IMG/VR virus record: IMGVR_UViG_3300024344_003209
Coordinates: 1 to 64,000 of that record
Strand: one strand, 5' to 3'
Source: a virus
DNA length: 64,000 bases
Below the pieces are notes generated by a model. It worked only from the letters and a program-made list of their open reading frames with translations, ran no database searches and had not been told where the DNA came from. Below are positions 7,299-17,160 of the stretch, one piece after another. Both the position numbers and the translations under genes were made by a program. The stretch's first letter is position 1. Each line of letters begins with the position of its first letter.

Positions 7299-8318
7299 CT
7301 AGAAGTCATCTTCAAGTGACCCCGCTTGTTGGTATTCTCTAACCCGTCTCTCGAAAAAGTTGCCCATTGCTTGCACGTCAACGACTTCCCCGAGCCACGG
7401 GAATGGGTTTTTGTCCGATGGGAATCTATATTCGAGCCCAATTCCTTCAAGTCTCCTATTACCGATATAATGCATGTAATCAACAAACATATCGGCATTA
7501 AGACCAAGAATACCTCTAGGTAGTACGTCATTAGCATAAGAAATTTCAAGCTCTACAGCTTTTTTAATGTGGCTGGTTATCTCCTCTTGGAAGCTTTTCG
7601 TCCAAATTTTTGGATTCTGATCGATGATTTGATTGATTACGTAAGTACCGAACTGAATATGGGAGCTTTCATCCCTTAAAGTATACTTTATCTGGTCTGC
7701 AACACCTTGCATCTTGTTTTGTCTGCCAAGAGCCAGAAGCATAGCGAACCCACTAAAGAAAAATATACCCTCGCATACAATCCAGTAACTGATAAAGTTC
7801 CTCAAAATTTCTTTCTTCCCTTCTTGTGTGTTTGGGTTAAAATCTGCTCTACTAAGATCAGTAGTGATTTCCATCAAGAAATCATCCTTAGCTTTAATTG
7901 TTGGTATATTGATGTACGCTTGATATACTTCATCTATTTTAAGATCCAAAGAATCACAAACGTAAACAATAGTAAGATTATGAAGGCTCTCCTCAAACGC
8001 TTGTCGTAAAATATACTGCCTACACTCAGCATCAGTAATGTAACGAAAGCCACTGATAAGAAGATTATTACCAACAAGAGATTCACTACCAGCAAAAAAC
8101 CCAAGTGAACGTTTGACCAAAAGCTTTTCATCATCTGTTATTTCTCCATTTTTCCATTGTTTTATGTCCTCTGCCATTGATATTTCTGTTGGCATCCAGT
8201 TGTTCGCGCAGCCTTTTAAAAATAAATCCCATGCTGTCTTGTGTTTGTGTGGAAGTATGCAGTTTACGCCAGCAATATCTTTCCCCAATATTTGTCCAGT
8301 TTTACTCTCCTTTTTCAT
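7299..8318 (-). CDS. nrdB: ribonucleotide reductase beta subunit with class Ic (Mn/Fe, R2c) signatures
   Basis: NNWMPTEI, FFAGSESLVGNN, RQAFEESLHNLTIVY, EGIFFFSGF, RDESSH, NFFERRVREY. Confidence 0.95.
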   Translation of the reverse strand: MKKESKTGQILGKDIAGVNCILPHKHKTAWDLFLKGCANNWMPTEISMAEDIKQWKNGEITDDEKLLVKRSLGFFAGSESLVGNNLLISGFRYITDAECRQYILRQAFEESLHNLTIVYVCDSLDLKIDEVYQAYINIPTIKAKDDFLMEITTDLSRADFNPNTQEGKKEILRNFISYWIVCEGIFFFSGFAMLLALGRQNKMQGVADQIKYTLRDESSHIQFGTYVINQIIDQNPKIWTKSFQEEITSHIKKAVELEISYANDVLPRGILGLNADMFVDYMHYIGNRRLEGIGLEYRFPSDKNPFPWLGEVVDVQAMGNFFERRVREYQQAGSLEDDF

Positions 8319-9079
8319 TTGTAAAAAATTTTTCTTTGTTTGTTAAAATCTCCTTCGAATTCTATACTACCTCTATGTTTTAATTTAATATCTGTTAGCG
8401 CGTGGATTTTTCCTCCGAGCTCTTGCCAGACTTTACAGAAGCCATAATCTTCACTTTCATATTTTTTGCTTTCTGGATTAACCCAGCACCTAAAAAAATC
8501 ATAAAAATTGTCACCATAACTCATATATCCGTCAATGTCATTGTTGTATTTCAAATCTGGCTTGCTTTTTGCTATGCTATTAAATACACTTGTCTTGATG
8601 AGCATGAACCCAGTTGCTGCATAATTCACTTCTATTAAGTTTTCATTATTTTTAAAAACTTTATTATCAAACTCAGAAGAGAAATCTCCTACAAGCTCCC
8701 TCCAGAAAGCTGGCATTTGACTGTACTTCCTTGATAAAAACTGAACCTTTTGGTCGCTTATATACTTCTTTGGGTAAAGACCAACTGCGACATCTTTATC
8801 TGCGTTTATTAGTTTAACTACGTCATTGGCATCGAAGATAACATCTGTGTCGATGAACATCAAATAGTCATCTTCATTAGACAGTGCGGCGGCTGCACTT
8901 GCGTTTCTAGCTCTGCTAATCAAGCTTTCAAACCAAATAGAGGGGCAGCTAACATTCATGCCAAGCGCGGCTAACTTATTAACAAGGTTAATCATGCCCA
9001 TCATATAGCTGCTATGAACCATTCCTCCATAGGCTATAACTGGCAGACTTATTTTTTTATCTTTATAACTTACTGACAT
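8315..9079 (-). CDS. GT-A fold glycosyltransferase-like protein
   Basis: SLISRARN, MFIDTD (DxD), ATGFMLIK and SEDYGFC motifs. Confidence 0.7.
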   Translation of the reverse strand: MSVSYKDKKISLPVIAYGGMVHSSYMMGMINLVNKLAALGMNVSCPSIWFESLISRARNASAAAALSNEDDYLMFIDTDVIFDANDVVKLINADKDVAVGLYPKKYISDQKVQFLSRKYSQMPAFWRELVGDFSSEFDNKVFKNNENLIEVNYAATGFMLIKTSVFNSIAKSKPDLKYNNDIDGYMSYGDNFYDFFRCWVNPESKKYESEDYGFCKVWQELGGKIHALTDIKLKHRGSIEFEGDFNKQRKIFYK

Positions 9080-11505
9080 GCTTCACAAGATTCTGGATTA
9101 GCGATTGAACAAGCTATTTGCTCTTCTTCAGTATATTCTTTTTTAGTTGATTTCTCAACTTTAGAAGCACCTCTGTTTCTTAAATAGTATGTAGTTTTTA
9201 ATCCTGCTTCCCACGCAGCCATATAAATATCATTTAAATACTTTAAACTTGTTTCTTTATTATATAGATTAAATGATATTCCTTGGTCAATCCATTTCTG
9301 CCTTGCTGCATTACATTTAATAAGTTTGAATATGTCTCTATCAAAAGCTGTTTTATACTTTTCAATATATTTTTCTGGTATATCTAAAAGAGCAACGTCT
9401 CCGTCTACATCTTTTACTGCTTCTGCTAATTGAGGGCTCCAAAGACCTTCTTTCTTCATATCGTTTACAAACTGTTCGTTGGTAACATAAAAATTACCGC
9501 TCTTGCATTCGTAAACAAACATTACCGAGAAGTTCGGTTCGATGCTCTGCTCCACGCCGTTAATATAGCCAATAGTGGCAGTAGGAGCAATTGCCATAGT
9601 GTTACTATTTCGCATTCCATATTTTGTAATGTGTTCTCTGAGGCTGTCCCAGTTGATATTTGAACTACTCAACGCTGGTTTTTTAACGCCGCGTCCACTC
9701 ATTAGTGTGTTGTAGGTGTCTATTGGTAGCATTCCTTGATCCCATAATGAACCGGAATAAGTTTTATAACTGCCTTTTTCTTTAGCTAGCTCACTCGAAG
9801 CTAAGATAGCATTATAAGAAAAGAACTCTGTGAGCTCACCAACAAATTTTACTGCTTCATCTGAGTCATACTGTATATCTAAAACCTGCAATACGTCATG
9901 AGTGGCCATCATACCTAAACCAATGGGACGATGCTGCATATTAGAATTTCTAGCTTCCTCGGTAGGGTAGAAGTTTAGATCAATAACGTTATCAAGGATT
10001 CTGATAGCTGTGCTTACAGTAGAGGCCAAAAGCTTCCTGTCGATCCTTGGCTGTTCTGCTTCGCTAGGGATTCTAAGATGATTCTTAAGATTGACAGAGC
10101 CAAGATTACATACAGCAGTTTCGCCAATCTCCGTTTTAGTTCCGTTCTCATAAGTAGATGGTTTTGTATGAAGCAAAATCTCCGTACAAAGGTTGGAACT
10201 ATGTACTACACCCAAATGCTGGTTGCTATAACGAATATTTGACGGATCTTTGAAGGTAATCCAAGGATGAGAGGTCTCGAAAAGAACCTTCAACATCTTT
10301 TTCCATAGATCTTTAGCGTTAACGGTGCGATAATTTGATAACTCTCCGTTGTCTGCTTTTTTACACATCTCATTGTAAACTTTTTTGAATTCCTCACCGA
10401 AAGTTTCATGTAGATCACGACAGTCAGAGGGACAAAACATATACCAACTCTCGTTATCCTTAACTTTCTGCATGAATAGGTCAGGAACCCAAGAAGCTGT
10501 ATTCATATCGTGACAACGCAAACGGTCGTCACCTGTGTTTCGGCGCAAATTGAGAAAATCTTCAAAATCAAGATGCCAAGGTTCTAGATATGCACATCCA
10601 GCACCCGGTCTTTTCCCGCCTTGGTTTACTGCGACAAGTGTGTCGTTGAGGATTTTGAGCCATGGCACAAGACCTCCAGAAATCCCGTTTGTGCCTTTGA
10701 TGTAAGCGCCAGAAGCGCGAAAATTAGAAACATCAAAACCAAGACCTCCAGCGTATTTACTCTTACGCGCCTCTTGCCAGACTCCCTCGAAGATTCCATC
10801 AATGCTATCATCAAATGTATTTAAGTAACAAGAGCTTAATTGTGAATGAGTGGTTCCACTATTGAATAATGTTGGAGTGGAAGGTGTATACAACATATTA
10901 CTGAATAAATTGTAAAACTCAATTGCTCTTTCTTCTTTATTTTTTTCATTAATTGCTAATCCCATGGCAACCCTCATCCAAAAGGCTTGAGGAGTTTCCA
11001 TTATCTTGTTATTATGTCTTATAAAGTATCTATCAATTAAAATTTGCAGGCCTAAATATTTGAATAGAGAATCGCGTTCTGGCTGCATAGCTGCTGAAAG
11101 CTTTTTTAAATCAAATTCCAGCAATTTTGCAGATAGAATGTCTTCTTTAACTAATTTTTTTATATTTAATACAAATGATTTTTTATATTGTAGCTCAAAA
11201 GTATCGCTGTCGACGCTCTCCCTAAATACTTCTTTATATAGAGCGTTGGCAGCTAGCGCGCTAGCGACTTTACTATAATTAGGCTCTTTTTCTATTTTTG
11301 CTCTGGCAGATAAAATTAAAGCTTCATCTATTTCCTTAGTTGTTATCTTATCAAATAATTGTAACTGAGCATCTAAGATTATCTCGCTTGCTGAGACGTT
11401 GTTTCCACCAATCCCTTCGCAAGCTCTATAGACGCACTTATTTATCTTCTCTACATCGAACTCTTCTAATTTTCCGTTTCTTTTCTTTACTTTAAGATTC
11501 TGCAT
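9070..11505 (-). CDS. nrdA: class I ribonucleotide reductase alpha subunit with ATP cone
   Basis: VKKRNG ATP cone, TPTLFN, LSSCY, SNLCTEI, CNLGS, APTAT, KTTYYLR and C-terminal CxxC. Confidence 0.97.
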   Translation of the reverse strand: MQNLKVKKRNGKLEEFDVEKINKCVYRACEGIGGNNVSASEIILDAQLQLFDKITTKEIDEALILSARAKIEKEPNYSKVASALAANALYKEVFRESVDSDTFELQYKKSFVLNIKKLVKEDILSAKLLEFDLKKLSAAMQPERDSLFKYLGLQILIDRYFIRHNNKIMETPQAFWMRVAMGLAINEKNKEERAIEFYNLFSNMLYTPSTPTLFNSGTTHSQLSSCYLNTFDDSIDGIFEGVWQEARKSKYAGGLGFDVSNFRASGAYIKGTNGISGGLVPWLKILNDTLVAVNQGGKRPGAGCAYLEPWHLDFEDFLNLRRNTGDDRLRCHDMNTASWVPDLFMQKVKDNESWYMFCPSDCRDLHETFGEEFKKVYNEMCKKADNGELSNYRTVNAKDLWKKMLKVLFETSHPWITFKDPSNIRYSNQHLGVVHSSNLCTEILLHTKPSTYENGTKTEIGETAVCNLGSVNLKNHLRIPSEAEQPRIDRKLLASTVSTAIRILDNVIDLNFYPTEEARNSNMQHRPIGLGMMATHDVLQVLDIQYDSDEAVKFVGELTEFFSYNAILASSELAKEKGSYKTYSGSLWDQGMLPIDTYNTLMSGRGVKKPALSSSNINWDSLREHITKYGMRNSNTMAIAPTATIGYINGVEQSIEPNFSVMFVYECKSGNFYVTNEQFVNDMKKEGLWSPQLAEAVKDVDGDVALLDIPEKYIEKYKTAFDRDIFKLIKCNAARQKWIDQGISFNLYNKETSLKYLNDIYMAAWEAGLKTTYYLRNRGASKVEKSTKKEYTEEEQIACSIANPESCEACQ

Positions 11506-11556
11506 GTGTGTGGTATAATAATTACAGTTAAATTGGCTAACTGACCCAGAAATACT

Positions 11557-11585
11557 ATTCTAACCTAAACTTTTTTCTAGGTCAA
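11557..11585 (-). promoter_or_regulatory. sigma70-type promoter for nrdA
   Basis: TTGACC-17-TAGAAT. Confidence 0.7.
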
Positions 11586-14149
11586 GCAATATCCTTTAAT
11601 TCTGACAACTTTGTGAATATTTTTTGACTTTGAATCCCAATATCATCAATAAAAACACAATCGTCTCGCTTTGATCCTCTGATTATAACAACGTCGTCTT
11701 TAACTGGTGCTCTGCCGTTAACGAGTTTACTCTCATCGATCTTCTGATTAAACTGAAGACAAGTTATGTTTCCTGTCTCATCAGAGCAAAGTAGACGCAT
11801 ATACTCAGAGCCTTTTTTAGACTTACCTTTAAAATAGTCAGCAACGCTAGATATAAAAACAACTCTCTCTCCGACTCTGCTATTGTTTACATTGTAAATG
11901 CTCATTAGATTTGGAACCTGCTTTGAATAAACTTGCTTTAGTGAGTTAGCATGAGAATAACCCAAAAGTTTCTTTTCGTAATACCAGTTAGCTAAGCTCT
12001 CAGATTTACTGTTCTGCATATAGATGTCTTTATAGGGTTGGTACTTTTTCTTAACTGTTCCGAACCTAGACTCTTTAATATGAACTTTTCCGTTCTCATC
12101 CTTTCTCTCTGTTAAGTCTTTTATAACTTTAACTAGATCAAAGTCAAATTTTTCTCCAAGAGAATATGCTATCCTTTTCTCTCTTTGTGTTAATAGGTTC
12201 CAAAGCTGAGCCTCTAAGACAATCTTACTTCTGGACTGAGAAAACCCTTCGAATGCTCCTGCTTGTATTAAAGCTGAGAGGACTCCTATTCCTACCTTAG
12301 CTTCACTTGCGGCTTGGAATACCTCAAACTTATTAGCGAAATCAGACCTAAAGTTATTTAACTTTTCTATAGTCTTATCAGATATCCCTTTGATTGATGT
12401 AAGTCCGTACCTAATATTTTCACCTTCAATAGAGAAATCCATTTTAGATTTAGTTATATGGGGTGGGAGTAGTTTAATATCGAATAACCTAAGCTCAACT
12501 TGAATCTTGTTAATTTCTGCAAGAGGATCTGGTTCATGCTTTGTCATTTTAAGTAATGAAAGAAAGAACTCTTTAGGATACTTGAACTTCAAGTAAGTTG
12601 TTATTGCGGCTAAAGCAGCGTAACAAATAGAGTGAGACTTATTGAAAGAGTAATTAGCTGAATCCTCTAATACTTTCCATAAGACATCTCCTACATCAGA
12701 GCTAAGTTTATTCTCTTTAACTTTTTCTGAGATCTTCTTCTTCCACTCTCTTACCTCTTTAACTTTCTTCTTACCTACGATTCGTCTTAGAATCTCTGCT
12801 TCATCAAGAGTAAAACCAATTTTGTGAGCCATTTGCATCAACTGCTCTTGGTATAACGCAACTCCACCAGACTTCTTTAGGATATCGTCAAACAAAGGGT
12901 GAATAGGTTCATATACATCGTTATTAGAATAACTAGCGTACTGATCTACGAAGCCTAAAGCACCCGGTCTTCCTAAGGCTAAAACAGCACTAAGCTCCTC
13001 TAAGCTCTTAGGCTTTACTTTCTGGCACACGCGATAGTTAGTGTCAGCTTCAATCTGAAAAAGACCATGAGGGGTCTCTAGATCCTGAAGATTTCTATAT
13101 ATAAAGGGATCACTGAGGTCAATGTCGGTAATATTAAGTCCAACTTGTTTGCATACGTCATCAACTACAGAGACACTACGTAAACCAAGGATATCAAGTT
13201 TGACATTAAATAAAGATACCCAATTCATATCATAAGATGATACTATAGCTTTATCTGACGTTAATTCTACTGGGCAGCTATCCTGTAACTGGTCATAAGA
13301 AAGAAGAATACCAGAAGCATGGACACTCTTATTTTTAATTAAACCTCTTAACTTAAGAGATATATCGTAAGCCTCTTTGTTTTCTGGGTCATCCGCCCAA
13401 TCTCTGAAATCTGGAACTTCTTCGTATGTTTCCTCGAGGTCTTTTACTTGCCCGAAAATTTTAGGTATGTATCCAGAAACAGTGTTCATCTCTGTTTCGC
13501 TTTTGCTGGCTATAATCTTGCCGCATTCTTTTATTAAAAGCTTTCCGCTTAGGGTGTTGAGTGTTAGTATTTTAGCCGTCTTGCCTTTGAATTTATTATC
13601 TATATATTCTAAGACTTGTTGTCTTTTATAATAGCATACATCATTGTCAATATCAACCATTAGATTTCCATCTAGGTAAGTTATGTCATCAACGACTTTC
13701 TTCTTAGCTCTAATCTTTGATATAAATCTTTCAAAGAATAAATCGTATTTTATCGGATCTAAGTTGGTGACTCCCAAAAGAAACAGAACAAGACTACCGG
13801 CAGCGGAACCACGGCCTAACCCAATTGGGATATCGCTCTTTTTACAAAAATCAATAACATCCCAAGTTAGCAGCATGTAATCTACAAAGCCTAGCTCTAT
13901 CATTGTATCAAGCTCATGCTTAGCTCTGTCAGCGTATTTTTTAGCTTTGGAGGGGTCTATATCCTTAGCTTTGACTTTGGTCTTGTAGCCTTCGTTACAG
14001 AGCTTCTTTAGGATTGAGGTGTTGTCTTCGTCTTTGTCCGCTCCAAGCCTGTCCCTAAGAGATTCGCTTGGCTCGAAAGATGGTAGCCTTACTCCGTGGA
14101 GAGGCAAATCAATTTTTTTAAATTTTTTAATAAAAGTCTCTGTTTTCAT
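11582..14149 (-). CDS. dnaE: family C DNA polymerase (DnaE-like) catalytic core lacking PHP domain
   Basis: GRGSAAGSLV, FFERF, DIDND, KLDILGL, YQEQLMQ, YSFNKSHS and a C-terminal OB fold. Confidence 0.95.
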   Translation of the reverse strand: MKTETFIKKFKKIDLPLHGVRLPSFEPSESLRDRLGADKDEDNTSILKKLCNEGYKTKVKAKDIDPSKAKKYADRAKHELDTMIELGFVDYMLLTWDVIDFCKKSDIPIGLGRGSAAGSLVLFLLGVTNLDPIKYDLFFERFISKIRAKKKVVDDITYLDGNLMVDIDNDVCYYKRQQVLEYIDNKFKGKTAKILTLNTLSGKLLIKECGKIIASKSETEMNTVSGYIPKIFGQVKDLEETYEEVPDFRDWADDPENKEAYDISLKLRGLIKNKSVHASGILLSYDQLQDSCPVELTSDKAIVSSYDMNWVSLFNVKLDILGLRSVSVVDDVCKQVGLNITDIDLSDPFIYRNLQDLETPHGLFQIEADTNYRVCQKVKPKSLEELSAVLALGRPGALGFVDQYASYSNNDVYEPIHPLFDDILKKSGGVALYQEQLMQMAHKIGFTLDEAEILRRIVGKKKVKEVREWKKKISEKVKENKLSSDVGDVLWKVLEDSANYSFNKSHSICYAALAAITTYLKFKYPKEFFLSLLKMTKHEPDPLAEINKIQVELRLFDIKLLPPHITKSKMDFSIEGENIRYGLTSIKGISDKTIEKLNNFRSDFANKFEVFQAASEAKVGIGVLSALIQAGAFEGFSQSRSKIVLEAQLWNLLTQREKRIAYSLGEKFDFDLVKVIKDLTERKDENGKVHIKESRFGTVKKKYQPYKDIYMQNSKSESLANWYYEKKLLGYSHANSLKQVYSKQVPNLMSIYNVNNSRVGERVVFISSVADYFKGKSKKGSEYMRLLCSDETGNITCLQFNQKIDESKLVNGRAPVKDDVVIIRGSKRDDCVFIDDIGIQSQKIFTKLSELKDIA

Positions 14150-14784
14150 AGTTCTAATGCGTACTTTAGTTTATTCCATACTTTAAGGTTTAATTCTAAA
14201 TCTACTATTGCATTATGTAATTTGTCATAATCATGCTCAATATTAAATTCTTTTCCTAAAAGCGTTAAGCTGCTTCTAATTCCTTTTCTTCTTGTGTTGA
14301 CGATCCTGTATTGATACTCAGTAAAATCTTCTTCTGGCTTGTATGGTATCTCCATCTTGACTCCTCTTGCTATGCAGTTAGTGTCTATTAATTTAGGGAT
14401 AAGGGGTTTGTAATCTTCCCCAAACATTTTATACATCTCTTTAATTAAATATATATCAAAACCTATAATATTATGCCCGACAATATAATCAGCACCGTCT
14501 AACCATTTTTTTATAGTAGGGAAAACGTCTTTAGGCTCTCTTCCGTTCTTTCGAACAAACTTGTCGTCATATCTAGTTATCCTTTTAGCGTCATCACTTA
14601 TCTTAAAAGGAGTATCCCATTTTATATAAAAGTCCTTCTCGTCTTTCTTATACGTACCGTCTGTGCTAATCATCGATATCTGCCAAGCTACGTTATGGCA
14701 AAAGTTAAGGCAAAGGTTATATGTCTCGCAGTCTATAAAGACTACTTTTTTGTCTTTTCTGAATCTGAGTAAATGTTCGTCCAT
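14146..14784 (-). CDS. DEDDh 3'-5' exonuclease (DnaQ/epsilon-like)
   Basis: FIDCET, VGHNIIGFD and LHNAIVD motifs. Confidence 0.9.
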   Translation of the reverse strand: MDEHLLRFRKDKKVVFIDCETYNLCLNFCHNVAWQISMISTDGTYKKDEKDFYIKWDTPFKISDDAKRITRYDDKFVRKNGREPKDVFPTIKKWLDGADYIVGHNIIGFDIYLIKEMYKMFGEDYKPLIPKLIDTNCIARGVKMEIPYKPEEDFTEYQYRIVNTRRKGIRSSLTLLGKEFNIEHDYDKLHNAIVDLELNLKVWNKLKYALEL

Positions 14785-14788
14785 CTTA

Positions 14789-15370
14789 TTAAATGCTTTT
14801 AAAATTTGTTCTGAAAACTAAATCTAATAAATCTATCTTGCTTTCTTTTTTTCTTTGCGGGTTCTTTCTGTTGTCTGATTCATTTGACCATCTTAGGTTT
14901 GCAGGCCTCCAGTCTAAATACTGCCAACCAGCGCTTATATCAAGGGGGTTCCAATTGAAAGCTTCGTAGATCTTGTATATAGTCTGTTCGTTGTCTTCGT
15001 TGATATGATCTACTATAATTTGCGATCCCGGTTTTGAGTTTTTATGAAAGCAAAGACTCACTAATTTATGAATAGCTATTGTAACACCACCGGGGCTAAC
15101 AGCAGGGTATTGATTCCTATTTGGACTTACAGAATAAACCTCTTTACTTTTAACATTTTTAACGTACGGCATACAAGACAACTTAGGGTGACCTTCTGGA
15201 TAAATAAAGTAAGTGTTACTATTTAAACTTTTTAACTTTTTTATCAATCTATTTCCTTCTTGAGAATTTATATCTCCTCCTTTGTATTCAATATTTATTT
15301 TAGATATGTCGAAGGCATCTTCGTATACTTTTGGTTCGTTGCAATCAGCAAAAAGCTCTAACTGTTCCAT
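14789..15370 (-). CDS. free-standing HNH endonuclease
   Basis: IHKLV...F, VDHINED and RPANLRW...DN motifs. Confidence 0.8.
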   Translation of the reverse strand: MEQLELFADCNEPKVYEDAFDISKINIEYKGGDINSQEGNRLIKKLKSLNSNTYFIYPEGHPKLSCMPYVKNVKSKEVYSVSPNRNQYPAVSPGGVTIAIHKLVSLCFHKNSKPGSQIIVDHINEDNEQTIYKIYEAFNWNPLDISAGWQYLDWRPANLRWSNESDNRKNPQRKKESKIDLLDLVFRTNFKSI

Positions 15371-15375
15371 TCTAT

Positions 15376-16137
15376 TTAAGCTTGGGATTCTTTCCAGCTC
15401 TCAAAGCTGAATTCATTAGAGCAAAGGTGGTCAAACCTTGGGTTCTCTAGAGTTGTTCTGTTGTTAATACATTTAAATGTTAAGTAAGCTTTGAAGTCTT
15501 CTTTCTTTTCGTAGTAAACCGATTTGACGTCAAGGGTATTAAATTTATTATCTTTGCAGTAATTTAAAACTTTTTTCCTTATTAAGTAATCAAATGGTAT
15601 ATCGTTATCTTCTATAAAGAACATGGGTTTAGTAAAAGAAAAGTCAGGGAAACATAAACCGAAAGTTAAAGTATTATTAAATAAAAACGAATCATAAAAT
15701 GGAACACAAAGCTGTAAGTCGTTATCTGACCAGAGGGACTTAATTTTTTTTAGGTCTGTTCTCGGTTGATAATAAAAACCATCACACGCAGCATCGCTGG
15801 ATATTTTAATGAGCCTTTTGTAGCCTTCTTGGTTTTTAGCAAGGATAACATACTTAGATTCTTTACTTACGGAATCCTTATCTTTTACGGAGGAATCTTC
15901 GCATACGCTGACTCTAAGACCAAAGACTAGTTTTATGTTGTTATTGTCGCAGTTTTGAAAAGCCTCAAGAAAACCATTCATGCTATCCTCAACCAAGAAA
16001 ACAGAACTTAAATTATTCCTTTTAGCTATTTCTATGATAGAGGACGGCTTCTTTGGGTTAGCTTCGTCATTATCTTCCAAGGTAAGTATGGACTTACCTA
16101 TGCTGTAGTGAGATTTAAATAAAGGTACAGATTGCAT
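15376..16137 (-). CDS. PHP domain of DNA polymerase III alpha, encoded separately
   Basis: FKSHYSIGKS, LVFGLRV, ILAKNQEGYKRLIKISS and FYYQPR match the DnaE N-terminal PHP domain. Confidence 0.88.
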   Translation of the reverse strand: MQSVPLFKSHYSIGKSILTLEDNDEANPKKPSSIIEIAKRNNLSSVFLVEDSMNGFLEAFQNCDNNNIKLVFGLRVSVCEDSSVKDKDSVSKESKYVILAKNQEGYKRLIKISSDAACDGFYYQPRTDLKKIKSLWSDNDLQLCVPFYDSFLFNNTLTFGLCFPDFSFTKPMFFIEDNDIPFDYLIRKKVLNYCKDNKFNTLDVKSVYYEKKEDFKAYLTFKCINNRTTLENPRFDHLCSNEFSFESWKESQA

Positions 16138-16149
16138 CTTCCTTCAATT

Positions 16150-16178
16150 AGGATAACGCAAACTTTAAATTATGTCAA
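16150..16178 (-). promoter_or_regulatory. sigma70-type promoter
   Basis: TTGACA-17-TATCCT. Confidence 0.65.
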
Positions 16179-16179
16179 G

Positions 16180-17160
16180 TTAAAAATCAGAGAAGTCGAA
16201 AGCTTGAGTTGAGGAAACAGATTTTGGTATATTAGACCAAGCGGGACATCCTTCATAGTCTTTTTTTGTTATTTCATATTTTCCACCTTTGTCGTCCAGC
16301 TCCTCTTTAGAAAAAGCGCTTTTAATTATTTTGCCCGTCTCTTTATTCTCTAGGGCATAAAACTGGAAAGGCTTTCTTACTGGGCAAATCCATTTTCCCG
16401 GTTTATCACTACCACAAAGCCATCTGTACTTCCTTCCTTCTTTGGCTAGATTTTCTTTAGCTTTGTTTTCATCGAAAGTAGCTATCTGATCAGCGAGTGA
16501 TTCAAGGAATAATTCGAAACCTTCTAGTTCTTCTTTAGTTAGTTGCGGAGCCGCTTGCTCTGGGGAGTCTGGGAACCTTAAGAAAAGGAATTTCACAGTA
16601 GGTATTACTCCATCTTTTTTTAAAGTTGCTAAAGAGTACATTAAAGCTTGGTAGTTAGAATTTATTTCTTCTTTATTAAATTTAGCTTTACTACTTTTGT
16701 AATCCCAAATATCTATTTTATTTTTATAAAAAGCTTTTTTATCAATGAAGCCGTTAATAACAAAATTTGAGCCCTCTATTTCAAAGTGTTCCTCTGGCTT
16801 TAAATCTTTAGAGCCTTTGCAGTAAAAGTTATAATTTAGTCCCACGTAAATCATCTTATAGATTAGGGATAAATTTTCTTCATCGTCTACTCCTAGTAAC
16901 TTAGCGTGACTCAATACGTGTCTGTGAACTGCTTTGCATTTGAATATTGACTCTGGGCTTTTTTTAAGCTTATTAAAGTATTTAGCTTTATGCTTAGGGT
17001 TCAGTAATAGCTCGAAAACTAAATGTACGATGGTGCCTCTATAGGCACCGTCGTTGCCGGTATCCGGCGTTTTTAAATTGTATTTAGAATAAAAAAGCCA
17101 ACTACACGTATCTAAAGTTTTGATTTTACTGGCGCTAAGCCGTACTTTGGGGTTGTTCAT
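16180..17160 (-). CDS. PD-(D/E)XK exonuclease, Cas4/RecB-like
   Basis: LSASKI..LDTC, GTIVH, GFID..., DYKSS, QALMY and C-terminal Cys cluster. Confidence 0.85.
   Translation of the reverse strand: MNNPKVRLSASKIKTLDTCSWLFYSKYNLKTPDTGNDGAYRGTIVHLVFELLLNPKHKAKYFNKLKKSPESIFKCKAVHRHVLSHAKLLGVDDEENLSLIYKMIYVGLNYNFYCKGSKDLKPEEHFEIEGSNFVINGFIDKKAFYKNKIDIWDYKSSKAKFNKEEINSNYQALMYSLATLKKDGVIPTVKFLFLRFPDSPEQAAPQLTKEELEGFELFLESLADQIATFDENKAKENLAKEGRKYRWLCGSDKPGKWICPVRKPFQFYALENKETGKIIKSAFSKEELDDKGGKYEITKKDYEGCPAWSNIPKSVSSTQAFDFSDF

Noticed and set aside
14789-15370. Group I intron or intein splitting the polymerase
   Set aside because: Only 4-5 nt flank the HNH ORF, leaving no room for a ribozyme core; no intein terminal motifs in DnaE, DnaB or NrdA
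16180-17160. Cas4-like gene as part of a CRISPR-Cas system
   Set aside because: No cas1/cas2 or array in the window; it sits in a replication operon like solo phage exonucleases
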